Shown: piece by piece, positions 48,438 to 58,285 of the stretch
How the letters are laid out: each line of letters opens with the position of its first letter
Numbering within the stretch: position 1 is the first letter of the stretch
DNA from: Planctomycetota bacterium
GTDB taxonomy: Bacteria > Planctomycetota > PLA2 > JAEUHO01
Assembly (NCBI GenBank): GCA_965223505.1
Contig: CBDCWP010000009.1
Coordinates: 13,233 to 77,232, forward strand
DNA: 64,000 nt
Reading direction: 5' to 3'
Position numbers and translations under genes: made by a program
The notes under the pieces: model-generated
Databases searched by the model: none
What the model was told of the DNA's origin: nothing
Seen by the model: only the letters and a program-made list of their open reading frames with translations

Positions 48438-49580
48438 CTACTCGTGCAGCGTGGTGCTCTCGGTCTCGACCGCGACCTCGGTGCCGTCTTCCATCTGGAC
48501 GGAGGCGGAGACCTGGACGAGCTTCGTCGGGGGCGCGGAGAGCACCTTCGCGTGGAACTCCATTGCGCGCTCCTGACCGACACCGAGCGGAAACACCGAG
48601 CTCGTCGCGCTCTGTCCACCGCCGTCGAACGTCACACCCTCGCCGCGTCCGGAAACGAACTCGAGATGCTCGGGCAGCGAGATCGCGACCTTCAGGTTGG
48701 GCATGGCTTCACTCGCCGCGTCGCTCAAGATCACCATCTTGTAGACGACGGTGTCGCCGGGACGGAAAATGCCTTCTTCCGAACCGTCCGCCGCCTTGTC
48801 GTCCATGCGGACCTCGAGGGCGGGAAGGGCTTCTTCGACCTCGACGGGAACCTCGCAGTCTTCGTTGCGACGCCACTCCCAGCGTCCGGGTGTCGTGCAG
48901 ACCTCCCGGGTGCGGGTCTCGTACTTCGCCGGCACCATGATGGTCTGGCAGAAACCCTCCTTGATCAGGTAGCGCTCCTCGACGCACTTGTAGCGAGCCG
49001 GCGAGTACTCGACGCAGAGCTTCGACGGCGCGACGCACACGCGCTCCTTGCGAGTGCCCCAGACCGCCGGCTTCACCTTCTTGACGTAGCACTCACACTG
49101 CGACTCGCCCTCCCCTGCGACGGTGGGCTTGCAGCACGTCTTGCACCACATCTCCTGCTCCGGCTTGACAAGGACGTCCTTGTCCTTGGTCGTCCACAGG
49201 CCCGGCTTGCACACCTCGCGAACGTTCGCGGGCGCCACACACACGAGCTTCGGGCGGTACCCGTACTCCGGCGGCACCCACACCTTCTTGCACTGCTTCG
49301 GGCAGACGCAAACGCGCTCGGTGACGGTCTTCGTGACGGGCGGGATCCAGTAGCGGCACCATGCCTCGCCGACGTTGGCCTCCGGCGGCTTGTCGGCGGG
49401 CCCGTCTGCGCACGGATCGACCGGCGCGCAGGGATCGCACGGGTCTTCGCAGGGATCCTCGCAGCACGCGACGGCCGAAATCGGATTTCGGCTGCCCGCG
49501 CAGGCTCCCAGCAGAAGCACGATCAGACAAAGGCTGAACAGGGTCAGCCAGGCTCGGTTACGCGAAGTCGTCGACGCCAT
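48438..49580 (-). CDS. Cysteine-rich lipoprotein: DPC head, PAxY repeats, C-terminal DUF11/OmcB-like domain
   Basis: Lipobox LLGAC; CCEDPCEDPCDPCAP; 25 Cys counted; GDTVVYKMVI...LPEHLEFVS...LGVGQERAMEF...ETESTTL. Confidence 0.75.
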   Translation of the reverse strand: MASTTSRNRAWLTLFSLCLIVLLLGACAGSRNPISAVACCEDPCEDPCDPCAPVDPCADGPADKPPEANVGEAWCRYWIPPVTKTVTERVCVCPKQCKKVWVPPEYGYRPKLVCVAPANVREVCKPGLWTTKDKDVLVKPEQEMWCKTCCKPTVAGEGESQCECYVKKVKPAVWGTRKERVCVAPSKLCVEYSPARYKCVEERYLIKEGFCQTIMVPAKYETRTREVCTTPGRWEWRRNEDCEVPVEVEEALPALEVRMDDKAADGSEEGIFRPGDTVVYKMVILSDAASEAMPNLKVAISLPEHLEFVSGRGEGVTFDGGGQSATSSVFPLGVGQERAMEFHAKVLSAPPTKLVQVSASVQMEDGTEVAVETESTTLHE

Positions 49581-49812
49581 TCCGGCAATCCTCCCTGGAG
49601 CGCTGTGCAGGCGGTCGCGGAGCGAATCCACGACGCCGAACGGCCCTCCCTCAGACCGGTCTGCGATGCCCGCGGAGCGTACCACCGGATCGCCGCGATC
49701 CGATGGCCCGAAAGCCGCCGGATGAAGCCGCCGGGCCCGTGCAACCGCCTTCCAAGCGGTCCGTGGGCCGCCGGCGTCACGGCACTGTCACCGGCGCGGT
49801 CGACCCGGCGAT

Positions 49813-50649
49813 CTAGTTCCCGGCTTTGGCGAGAAACGCGTCGCGCAACGCCTTCGCTTCGTCATGCAGACTCGTGTTCGTGAACGCGCCGACCAGTCGC
49901 TCGTAGGCGCCGCGCGCCCCGCGACGATCCCCGGACGCGAACAGGCGGTCCGCGGCTCGGGCGCGAGCCTCCATCGTCTCGCGCGCGAGGGTGGTCACCT
50001 TCGCCGCAGCGGCCTCCTCCTCCGCCGTTACGTCCTCGGCTTTCATCGCGCGTTCGCTCAGCAGGAGCGCGTGACCCAGGCGCCCGTGCCAGACGTCTTC
50101 GCGAATCGTCTTGAAGGACGCCGGCACCTTGCCGAGCTGCTGAAGCCGGTAGCGGCGCAGCTCTTGCTCGATGATGGGCACCGACATCTTGTTGCTCGAC
50201 TTGACGCGGCCGTCGGTCCCGATGACGTAGTCGACCGGCCGGCGACCGACGCCGTATTTGGCAGCCTGCGAGCCGTCGCGATCGCAAGCGACGGGAAAGT
50301 CGTACCGCGGGTTCAACGTGCGCAGCTTCCCGCGAACGACGTCGGGTCGGTGCTCGTGCACGACGGTGAGCACCTGCAGCCCGCTCGTTCCGTAGCGGTC
50401 GTAGAGGTCCTGCACCTCCTTGAGCTGCCGGTGACAGATCGGGCAGTCCTTGAGCCAGAACTTCACCCACACCACCTTGCCGCGGTGCGCGGAGAGCGTC
50501 GTCCCTTTCTCGAAGCCGTTGAACCCTTCACGAAACGACATGTCGGGCGCCATCTGGCCGTCCAGGTCGCGGCCGGCGGCGAACACGTCGTCTCCGGAAA
50601 ATGCGGTGACGACCAGCGCGAGTAGGACGGGTCCGAAGATGTTGCGCAT
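49813..50649 (-). CDS. Exported TlpA-like thioredoxin-fold protein with helical C-terminal extension
   Basis: Signal peptide; APD, RGKVVWVKFWLKDCPIC, YGV..RP..YVIGTDGRV. Confidence 0.8.
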   Translation of the reverse strand: MRNIFGPVLLALVVTAFSGDDVFAAGRDLDGQMAPDMSFREGFNGFEKGTTLSAHRGKVVWVKFWLKDCPICHRQLKEVQDLYDRYGTSGLQVLTVVHEHRPDVVRGKLRTLNPRYDFPVACDRDGSQAAKYGVGRRPVDYVIGTDGRVKSSNKMSVPIIEQELRRYRLQQLGKVPASFKTIREDVWHGRLGHALLLSERAMKAEDVTAEEEAAAAKVTTLARETMEARARAADRLFASGDRRGARGAYERLVGAFTNTSLHDEAKALRDAFLAKAGN

Positions 50650-50737
50650 GTGCCTGCTCTCACACGGGACGGCCGACTCTCCGTGATTCTACGGGTCGAA
50701 GGGCCGCCGGGCGACGATCAGGTTTGCGGCGTTGCGC

Positions 50738-52216
50738 TCAGCTCTTGGCGGTTCGCGCACCCCAACGCGTGTGGCGCCACACGTCGGGATGGAAGAGCGC
50801 CAGAATCGCCATGATCTCGAGCCGCCCGAACCACATCCCGATCGCAAGCAGCAGCTTGATGCCGTCGGAAAAGCCGTCGAAGCTGTCCATGGGTCCGACC
50901 GGGCCGAATCCGGGACCGATATTGCCCAAGCACGCGAGACTCGCGCTCATCCCGGTCACCATGTCGGCCTCGCCCGACGCCACGACGATGGTCCCGAGGA
51001 CCAGATACGCCAGCAGGTAGAGCACGACCAGCGTGATGACCGCGCGCAGCACACCGCTCTTGATCGGACTCGTCTTGTAGCGGATCGGTATGACGGCGCG
51101 CGGGTGGAGGACCTGCGTCGCCTCGCGCCGGATGAACTTGAAGAGCAGCAGGTAGCGAATCATCTTCGGTCCGCCGCACGCGGAGCCGGCGCACCCACCA
51201 AGCAGCATGGCCACGACGAGCAACATGCGCGCACCGTCGCCCCACTGCGGTGATCGCACGTAGTCGACGCTCGCATAGCCCGTGGACGAAGCGAGGCTCG
51301 TCACCTGGAACGCGGCGTCGCGGATCGCACCCATCCCGAAGTCGCCTCCGGATATCAGCATCGCGACCGCGAGCGTCGCGATCAGGCACATGAAGAAGTA
51401 CGCGAGGAACTCGCCGTCGCGGAGCAGGGAGCCGGGCTTGCCCGATACCGCGCGCCATTGAAGCGGATAGCTCGTCCCGGAGATGACCATGAAGACGACG
51501 AAGATCCACTCAGCCGTCGGATTCGCGTACCCCATGATGGACTCGCCGTTCGGCGAGAAGCCGCCGGCAGAGAGCGTCGTCAGCGCGTGCACCGCAGCGT
51601 CGTACCAATCGAACCCCGCCCACAACAGACACCCGGTGAGGATCGCGGTCAGACCGATGTAGAGCAGCCACAAGCGCGTGGCGGCGGAGCGGACCTGCGG
51701 GCTGATCCCTTCGGACGTCGCCGTAGACGCCTCGGCGAAGAACAGCTGACGTCCGGCAATGCCGAGTCGCGGCAGCACGACGACGAACAGCGCGATGACG
51801 CCGATGCCGCCGAACCACTGCGTCATTGCGCGCCAGAGAAAGAACGCCCGGTTGTAGTTCGGCGAGCTGAAGTCGAGCACCGTCGCGCCCGTGGTGGTCA
51901 AGCCGGACATGGCCTCGAAGAACGCGTTGACGGGGGGCATCCCGTGAAACAGGTACGGCACCCCGGCGAACGCGGCGACGACCAGCCACGTTCCGCTCAC
52001 GACCGCCATCGCCTCGCCGCGATGGAGGAAGTCGGTCTTCTGGAATCCGCGCGCCATCACGCTGCCGATCGCAGCGGCCGCGACGAGCGAGATGGCGAAG
52101 TAGCCCGCCACCTGGTATTCCCCGTCGATCATCGCCATGAAAATCGGCGCCAGGAAGGCGATCGAGAACAGCCGCAGCAGGTTGCCGATCACCCCGAGGA
52201 CGAGCGAGACGCGCAT
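50738..52216 (-). CDS. trkH: Trk potassium uptake membrane protein
   Basis: FEAMSGLTTTGAT, SAGGFS, STGY, GGCAGSACGGPK, LGNIGPG, GRLE. Confidence 0.95.
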   Translation of the reverse strand: MRVSLVLGVIGNLLRLFSIAFLAPIFMAMIDGEYQVAGYFAISLVAAAAIGSVMARGFQKTDFLHRGEAMAVVSGTWLVVAAFAGVPYLFHGMPPVNAFFEAMSGLTTTGATVLDFSSPNYNRAFFLWRAMTQWFGGIGVIALFVVVLPRLGIAGRQLFFAEASTATSEGISPQVRSAATRLWLLYIGLTAILTGCLLWAGFDWYDAAVHALTTLSAGGFSPNGESIMGYANPTAEWIFVVFMVISGTSYPLQWRAVSGKPGSLLRDGEFLAYFFMCLIATLAVAMLISGGDFGMGAIRDAAFQVTSLASSTGYASVDYVRSPQWGDGARMLLVVAMLLGGCAGSACGGPKMIRYLLLFKFIRREATQVLHPRAVIPIRYKTSPIKSGVLRAVITLVVLYLLAYLVLGTIVVASGEADMVTGMSASLACLGNIGPGFGPVGPMDSFDGFSDGIKLLLAIGMWFGRLEIMAILALFHPDVWRHTRWGARTAKS

Positions 52217-52218
52217 GG

Positions 52219-53589
52219 CTAGGCGGATCCGTCTTCCGCGAGATGCTCGAGCCGATTCATCAGGAAGTTGCGGATCTTGTCGTCCTCTTCCTTCGTGCAG
52301 AAGACCAGCAGGCGGTCGTCCCCCTGAACGACGTCGTCACCGCGCGGAATGATGACGCGCCCCTTGCGCAGGATCGCCCCGATGATCGCGAAGACCTCGG
52401 TGCGCATCTTCGTGAGCGGGACGGGCTTGAGCCCCGCGGGCAACTTGAGCTCGATGACCTCCGCGTCACCGTGCTCGAGCTCGGCCAGCAACTGTGAGCG
52501 GCTGGTGTCGATGCGGCGCAGCACGGAGCGCATCGCCGCGCCGCTGGCGGAGCGCACGACGTCGATGCCGACCTTCTCGAAGAGCCGCTCGTTCGCGACG
52601 TGGTTCGCGCGGGTCACGATCCGCTTCACGCCGAGACTCTTCGCGAGCAGCGAAACGAGGAGGTTTTTCTCGTCGTGGCTGGTCACGGCGACGAGCACGC
52701 CGGATTCGCCGATCTGCTCCTCCTCGAGGAGATCGAGATCGGTGCCGTCGCCGTGGAGCACGAGTCCCTGCACGAGTGCCGACACGGCCTCGCTTCGCTT
52801 GCGGCTCGACTCGATCAGCTTCACGTTCCAACCGGCCTCCTCGAGTCCCAACGCGACCGACAAGCCGACGACGCCGCCGCCGACGACGGTAGCGCTCGTG
52901 CTTTGGGAGCCGTTGGCCGACGTACGCAGATAGCGCGAGAGGAGGCGATTGATGCCCGCCATGGTCCCCATCGCGGTGACCTTGTCGCCGGGCTGGAAGT
53001 GGGTGTCGCCCTTCGGGAGCAGCATCTCGTCGTCGCGGCGGGCCATGACGAGCACCACGCCCTCCGGCACGCCGACGTCCTTGAGCGGCCCGCGCGTGAT
53101 GGGCGCACCGTCCTCGATGGCATGCCGCAAGAGATGCACGCGTCCGCCCTCGAACGCCTCGACGTCGAGCGCGCCGGGCACGGCGATGATGCGCAGGATC
53201 TCCGTCGACAACTGGTGCGCGGGGCGAACGACGAGCCCGAGACCGAGGGACTCGGCGAACGCGTCGACGTCGTCTTCCGACGCCTGTGTCTCGGGCCGGA
53301 ACTGGAAGCAGATCGTACGCTTGGCGCCCAGCCGCGACGCCGTCAGACAGGAGACGAGGTTCTGCTCGTCGATCGGCGCCGCGCCGATGAAGATCTCGGC
53401 GGACTCGACACCGGCTCTGCGCAACACGTCCGCGGACGTCACCCGCCCGAAGACCATCTCGACGTCGAGACGCGAGTGCGTGCCCCCCTCGTCGGTCTCC
53501 GGCAGGATGAGCGTCACCTCGTGCTCTTCCATCAGGGCTTCCGCCAGTCGGAAGGCCACCTCGTCTTCGCCGCCGATCAGGATGTGCAT
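52219..53589 (-). CDS. trkA: Trk potassium uptake regulatory protein (two RCK units)
   Basis: Two RCK N/C pairs; VVGGGVVG, LHGDGTD, DEKN; adjacent to trkH. Confidence 0.9.
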   Translation of the reverse strand: MHILIGGEDEVAFRLAEALMEEHEVTLILPETDEGGTHSRLDVEMVFGRVTSADVLRRAGVESAEIFIGAAPIDEQNLVSCLTASRLGAKRTICFQFRPETQASEDDVDAFAESLGLGLVVRPAHQLSTEILRIIAVPGALDVEAFEGGRVHLLRHAIEDGAPITRGPLKDVGVPEGVVLVMARRDDEMLLPKGDTHFQPGDKVTAMGTMAGINRLLSRYLRTSANGSQSTSATVVGGGVVGLSVALGLEEAGWNVKLIESSRKRSEAVSALVQGLVLHGDGTDLDLLEEEQIGESGVLVAVTSHDEKNLLVSLLAKSLGVKRIVTRANHVANERLFEKVGIDVVRSASGAAMRSVLRRIDTSRSQLLAELEHGDAEVIELKLPAGLKPVPLTKMRTEVFAIIGAILRKGRVIIPRGDDVVQGDDRLLVFCTKEEDDKIRNFLMNRLEHLAEDGSA

Positions 53590-53698
53590 GGAATGGCCGT
53601 CACTCGTTTACGCCGAGAGGGACGCGTGCAGGGCGACGCAATTGTAGAGAGGCCCGCTTCGTCCCCCACAAGAGAACTCGGCTGGGCGTCGTCCCCAC

Positions 53699-54490
53699 CT
53701 AACGCACATTTGCCGCCGCCTGCTCCTCGGCCACGACGGTAGGGATCAGACCGGCCAGACGCTCGGCGCGCGCGGCGGGCTCGGGGTGGGTCGAGAGGAA
53801 CTCCGGCTGCCGGTCGCCGGCGCGCGCGCCCATGCGCTGCCAGAGCCGGACCGCGGCGTAGGGGTCGTAGCCTGCGCGGACCATGTATCGCAAGCCGATC
53901 GCGTCGGCTTCGTACTCGTGGGTGCGCGAGTAGGGCAACGTGAATCCGACCTCCGCGCCCAGTCCGAGCCCTGCCATGACGACGTCCCGCGTCGAGCCCG
54001 TCGCGTTGCCCAGCGTCACCTCGGCGATGCCCAACACGCCCTGGGAGACCAGCTCCTGGCTGACGCGCTCGGCGCCGTGATGCGCCGTTGCGTGCGCGAC
54101 CTCGTGCCCGATGACGGCGGCAAGCCCGTTCTCGTCCTGCGTGATCGGGAGGATGCCGGTATAGACGGCGACCTTGCCACCGGGCAGGCAGAACGCGTTG
54201 ACCGTGTCGGGATCGTCGATCAGCTTGAACTCCCAGGCGAAGTTCTCGCCGGTCGTCGCCGCGATCCGGCGTCCGACGCGCTCTACCATCTGCGCCTCCG
54301 GCGTGCCGGTGATGATGCGCTTGTCCTTGAGGATCTCCTCGTAGGCCTCGATGCCCATCGACATCTCCTGCGACTCGCTGATGAGCCGCAGTTGAGAACG
54401 ATCCGTGAACGGAACGCTGCCGCAGGCCGCGATCACGACCGGCGCAATGGCGATCCACGCGCACGTCACGATCCATCCCTGTACTCGCAT
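53699..54490 (-). CDS. M48-family metallopeptidase lipoprotein
   Basis: IAAC lipobox; VNAFCLPGG, GHEVAH, EYEAD, FLSTHP. Confidence 0.92.
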   Translation of the reverse strand: MRVQGWIVTCAWIAIAPVVIAACGSVPFTDRSQLRLISESQEMSMGIEAYEEILKDKRIITGTPEAQMVERVGRRIAATTGENFAWEFKLIDDPDTVNAFCLPGGKVAVYTGILPITQDENGLAAVIGHEVAHATAHHGAERVSQELVSQGVLGIAEVTLGNATGSTRDVVMAGLGLGAEVGFTLPYSRTHEYEADAIGLRYMVRAGYDPYAAVRLWQRMGARAGDRQPEFLSTHPEPAARAERLAGLIPTVVAEEQAAANVR

Positions 54491-54585
54491 GACGCAAACC
54501 CCCTTCGCCGGCTCGCAGACCGGTCCGTCAGTCGGGCCAAGTGGTCAACTGCGATTGTGCACGGGGACGCAGCGCCGGTCGCGGG

Positions 54586-56658
54586 CTACTCGGTCCGTTC
54601 CGCCCGCGCGAGGCAACGCCGGGCGACGGCGGCGACGTTTTCGGCCGTGAAGCCGTACTCTTCCATCAGGCGGTCTCCCGGCGCGGACGCGCCGAAGCGA
54701 TCGACCGTGACGAGGTCGCCGCTCGGCCCGATCCAGCGGTGCCAACCCAAGGACGCGCCGGCTTCGATGCCGATCCGCACGTCGCAGCCGCCGAAGAGCG
54801 CTTCCCGATCGTCGGCGTCCATCTCGTCCAGGCGCTCCCAGCACGGCATGGAGACGACGCGCGCCGTCACGCCCTCGTCCTGGAGCAAGCGCGCGGCGTC
54901 GAGCGCGAGCGCGACCTCCGAGCCGGTGGCCAACAACACGACGTCCGGGTTCACCGCGCCCTCGCGCAGGACGTACGCACCGCGTGCCGTGCCCGAGGCC
55001 GGCGCCAGCCGGTCGCGATCGAGAATCGGCAGGCCCTGGCGCGTGAGGATCAGCGCCGTCGGCCCGTTCGACTCGAGCGCGATACGCCATGCCTCGGCGG
55101 TTTCGTTGGCGTCCGCGGGCCGCACCACGTTCAAACCGGGGATGGCGCGCAGCGCCGCGAGGTGCTCGATCGGCTGATGCGTCGGGCCGTCCTCGCCGAC
55201 CCCCAGCGAATCGTGCGTGAAGACGTAGACGACGGGCAGCTTCATGAGCGCGGCCAGGCGGATCGCGGCGCGCATGTAGTCGCTGAACACCAGGAAGGTG
55301 CCGCCGTACGGTCGGATCCCTCCGTGCAGCGCCATGCCGTTCATGACCGCGCCCATCGCGTGCTCGCGTACGCCGAAGTGCAAGGTGCGCCCTTCGTAGG
55401 CGCCCGCGCGAATGTCGGTCGTGCCGGGCAGCGTCGTGTTGTTCGAGCCGGCCAGATCCGACGAGCCGCCGATGAGCAGGGGAATGTGCGCGCCGAGCGA
55501 CGCCAAGACCTTGCCGGACGCCTTGCGCGTCGCCAGCTTCGCGCCGGCGTCGAACGTCGGCAGCGCCGAAGACCATTCGGCGGGCAGCTCGCCGGCCCAC
55601 GCCGACTCGAGCGCGGCCGCGCGTTCGGGATGGGCGCTGCGGTAGGCGTCCATGCGCGCTTCCCAGCGCTCGACCTCGGCGGCGCCGCGCGCGCCCACCT
55701 CGCGCATGTGCGTGGCCACGTCGTCGGGCACCAGGAACTGCGCGTCCTCGGGCCAACCGAGGGCCTGCTTGGTCAAGCGGACCTCGTCCTCGCCCAGCGG
55801 CGCGCCGTGCGCGGCGGAGCTGTCCTGCTTGTTGGGGCTGCCGTGTCCGATGTGGGTGCGGCAGCAGATGAGCGTCGGCTTCGACGTCTCGGCGCGCGCG
55901 GCATCGCACGCCTGCACGTAGGCGTCGGTGCCCTCGTCGACGTGCACCGAGAGAACGTTCCAGCCGTACGCGGCGAAGCGAGCCGCCACGTCTTCGCTGA
56001 ACGAGAGGTCGGTCGTGCCGTCGATCGTGATGCGGTTGTCGTCCCAGAACACGCACAGCTTGTGAAGGCCCAAATGGCCGGCGAGGCTCGCCGCCTCCGC
56101 GCACACGCCTTCCATCAGATCGCCGTCGCTCGCGAGCACCCACGTGCGGTGATCCACTACTTCGTGCTCGTCCGTGTTGAAACGCGCTGCCAGGAGGCGC
56201 TCGGCGAGCGCCATGCCGACGCCGTTTCCGAAGCCCTGGCCCAGGGGACCGGTCGTCGTCTCGACGCCCGGCACCTCGCGGTACTCGGGGTGCCCGGCGG
56301 CGGGGCTGCCCCACTGCCGGAAGTTCTTGATCGCGTCCAGCGACAGGTCGTAGCCGGTCAGGTGCAGATAGGCGTACTGCAGCATGCTCGCGTGTCCGCA
56401 CGAGAGCACGAAGCGGTCGCGATCCGCCCAGGTCGGATGGGCGCTGCTGTACTTCATGACGCGGGTCCAGAGCGCGTAGCCCAGCGGCGCCTGGCCCATG
56501 GGCGGCCCCGGATGCCCGGCGCGGGCGGCCTGAACGGCGTCCATGGCGAGCGTTCGCACCGTGTTGATGGTGAGCGCTTCGAGGCTGGTCCCGGCGGGCT
56601 GCGGATCCGACACGGTCACCTCGTCTCCGGTGTGTGAGCTCGCAACGGAATCCGACAT
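54586..56658 (-). CDS. tkt: Transketolase
   Basis: GHPG, DRDRFVLSCGH, TTGPLGQG, DGDLMEG, FGVREH, THDSLGVGEDGPTHQP. Confidence 0.97.
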   Translation of the reverse strand: MSDSVASSHTGDEVTVSDPQPAGTSLEALTINTVRTLAMDAVQAARAGHPGPPMGQAPLGYALWTRVMKYSSAHPTWADRDRFVLSCGHASMLQYAYLHLTGYDLSLDAIKNFRQWGSPAAGHPEYREVPGVETTTGPLGQGFGNGVGMALAERLLAARFNTDEHEVVDHRTWVLASDGDLMEGVCAEAASLAGHLGLHKLCVFWDDNRITIDGTTDLSFSEDVAARFAAYGWNVLSVHVDEGTDAYVQACDAARAETSKPTLICCRTHIGHGSPNKQDSSAAHGAPLGEDEVRLTKQALGWPEDAQFLVPDDVATHMREVGARGAAEVERWEARMDAYRSAHPERAAALESAWAGELPAEWSSALPTFDAGAKLATRKASGKVLASLGAHIPLLIGGSSDLAGSNNTTLPGTTDIRAGAYEGRTLHFGVREHAMGAVMNGMALHGGIRPYGGTFLVFSDYMRAAIRLAALMKLPVVYVFTHDSLGVGEDGPTHQPIEHLAALRAIPGLNVVRPADANETAEAWRIALESNGPTALILTRQGLPILDRDRLAPASGTARGAYVLREGAVNPDVVLLATGSEVALALDAARLLQDEGVTARVVSMPCWERLDEMDADDREALFGGCDVRIGIEAGASLGWHRWIGPSGDLVTVDRFGASAPGDRLMEEYGFTAENVAAVARRCLARAERTE

Positions 56659-56743
56659 GGGCCGCGCCCTCCCTTCGGCGGTTCTGGTTGTGGCGGGATT
56701 CTAGCCACCCAGGCCCCCGCTCCCGACCGGAGTTCGCAGTGGA

Positions 56744-58114
56744 TTACTTCCCCCCGCCGGTCAGCACGGGCGGCGTCATCGGAATGAAGGGCTTGCGCGT
56801 GCTGCGCTTCAGGAAGAGGAGCGCGAAGCACGTTTGCGAGGTGGCGAGCTCGGTCGCGTCGGCCGGCCGATCTTTCTTGTCCGCTTCCTTCCATCCACCC
56901 TCGGCTTCCTGAGCGCTGAGCAGGTACTCCGCGCCCTCCCGGTACCAATCGTGCTTGCCGATCCAGCGCACACCGGTCTTCGCGCCGACGCGCTCGAGGC
57001 CGTAGAGGTAGTAGTAGTGCCACATCTGCGGCGTGCCCGACGTGTCCGGGTTGTCTTTGACCGTGAACACGTCCGCCAGCCACGCCAAGCCGTCGAGAAT
57101 GCCCCGGTCCATGCGCTTGCGCAGCGCCGGATCCAGCTTCTTCAGGAGCCAGAGCCGCTCCTTCGTCAGCGCCAGGCACGTGACGCCCGCCGCCGTCATC
57201 GAGCCGGTCGGGTACATCTGCTGGCCGGGGATGTAGGTCCAGCCTCGCATCTGCGTCTCGCCGACCTCCTTGAAGCGCGACGCCGGGTCGTCCCCGGGTT
57301 CCCAGGCTTCGTTCTCGATGAAGATCGGGACGTCGAGCCCGTCGTCTTCCTGGGACGTCAGGACGTACTCGGCGGCCTTCTGCCAGGTTTCGGGGGGCGC
57401 CACGATGCCGCAGCTCGCGGCCGCCTCGAGCGCCAGCAACGCGTATTGCACGTTCGAGAGGTCGGTCTCGCCCTCCTCGGCCGCGATGGGGTTGCCCGGG
57501 TACCGCCAGCCGCCCGAGGGGTGCTGATTGCGAACGATGAGGCTCACCAGCTCCTTGATCCACTTCCGGACCCACGACGGGTACTTGCACTTGGCGGGCT
57601 TCGGAGGGACGGCCTTGCCGTAGCGGTCCCGCTTGAGCGGCTTCGGCTTCTCGATCCCCCGGTAGAGAGCGTCGAGCGCCATGATCAGCGTCGCGGCGGT
57701 GTAGATCGTGACCTGGTTGTTGCCCTTCAGATTCCATGAACCGTTGCCGCCGGCGTAGTGGAATTGGCAGAACTTCATGCACTTCTTGACGCTGTCGTGG
57801 TCCGGCTCTACGCCGCAGTGCGCCAGCGTGAGCATGACGAGCGCATTCAGCCCCACCTCCATGATGTTGTACTGGCGCGGCAGGAGGTCTTCGCTGAAGC
57901 CGGGGTAGCTGCCGTTCTTCTTCTGGGTGCCCTGCAACCACGCGACGCCGCGGTCGATCGCCTTGTTGACGCGTTCTTGGAACGCTGCCAGGTCCTTCGC
58001 GGCCTTGGCCTTCGCGGCCTCGCGATCGACGGGCTTGGCGTCGTCGGCGACGGCAGTCGAGAGACAGCAGGGCAGGGCGATCGAGAGCAACAGCATCAGG
58101 CGAACGACACGCAT
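56744..58114 (-). CDS. Secreted prenyltransferase/squalene-oxidase-repeat (alpha/alpha barrel) protein
   Basis: Signal peptide; QW-like motifs QKKNGSY, QHPSGGW, QEAEGGW; YYLYGLERVG...DWY; TCFALLFL. Confidence 0.8.
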   Translation of the reverse strand: MRVVRLMLLLSIALPCCLSTAVADDAKPVDREAAKAKAAKDLAAFQERVNKAIDRGVAWLQGTQKKNGSYPGFSEDLLPRQYNIMEVGLNALVMLTLAHCGVEPDHDSVKKCMKFCQFHYAGGNGSWNLKGNNQVTIYTAATLIMALDALYRGIEKPKPLKRDRYGKAVPPKPAKCKYPSWVRKWIKELVSLIVRNQHPSGGWRYPGNPIAAEEGETDLSNVQYALLALEAAASCGIVAPPETWQKAAEYVLTSQEDDGLDVPIFIENEAWEPGDDPASRFKEVGETQMRGWTYIPGQQMYPTGSMTAAGVTCLALTKERLWLLKKLDPALRKRMDRGILDGLAWLADVFTVKDNPDTSGTPQMWHYYYLYGLERVGAKTGVRWIGKHDWYREGAEYLLSAQEAEGGWKEADKKDRPADATELATSQTCFALLFLKRSTRKPFIPMTPPVLTGGGK

Positions 58115-58175
58115 GGCGACACCCTACCGCCGTCGTCCGTGCACGCTCAAGCGTGAAGGGCGCCGGGACACGAAA

Positions 58176-58213
58176 CGAAAAAACGGCCCCGCGTCGGAGG
58201 ACGCGGGGCCGTT
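58176..58213 (-). terminator. Intrinsic terminator of the second Cys-rich lipoprotein gene
   Basis: AACGGCCCCGCGTC-4 nt-GACGCGGGGCCGTT perfect stem followed by a T run on the minus strand. Confidence 0.85.
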
Positions 58214-58285
58214 GATCTCTGCTTCGTGCGAAGCGAACCATTCCGCTTCGCGCGAGGCGAAGCCGGAAGTACTGGGTCGGAGGGA

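Noticed and set aside
50430..50450. CPICH read as a heme c attachment motif
   Set aside because: It sits at the active-site position of a thioredoxin fold (after FWLKD), so a redox CxxC is more likely.
53590..53698. Riboswitch upstream of trkA
   Set aside because: No recognisable ydaO or other riboswitch consensus; only a short GTGGGGACGA-like repeat.
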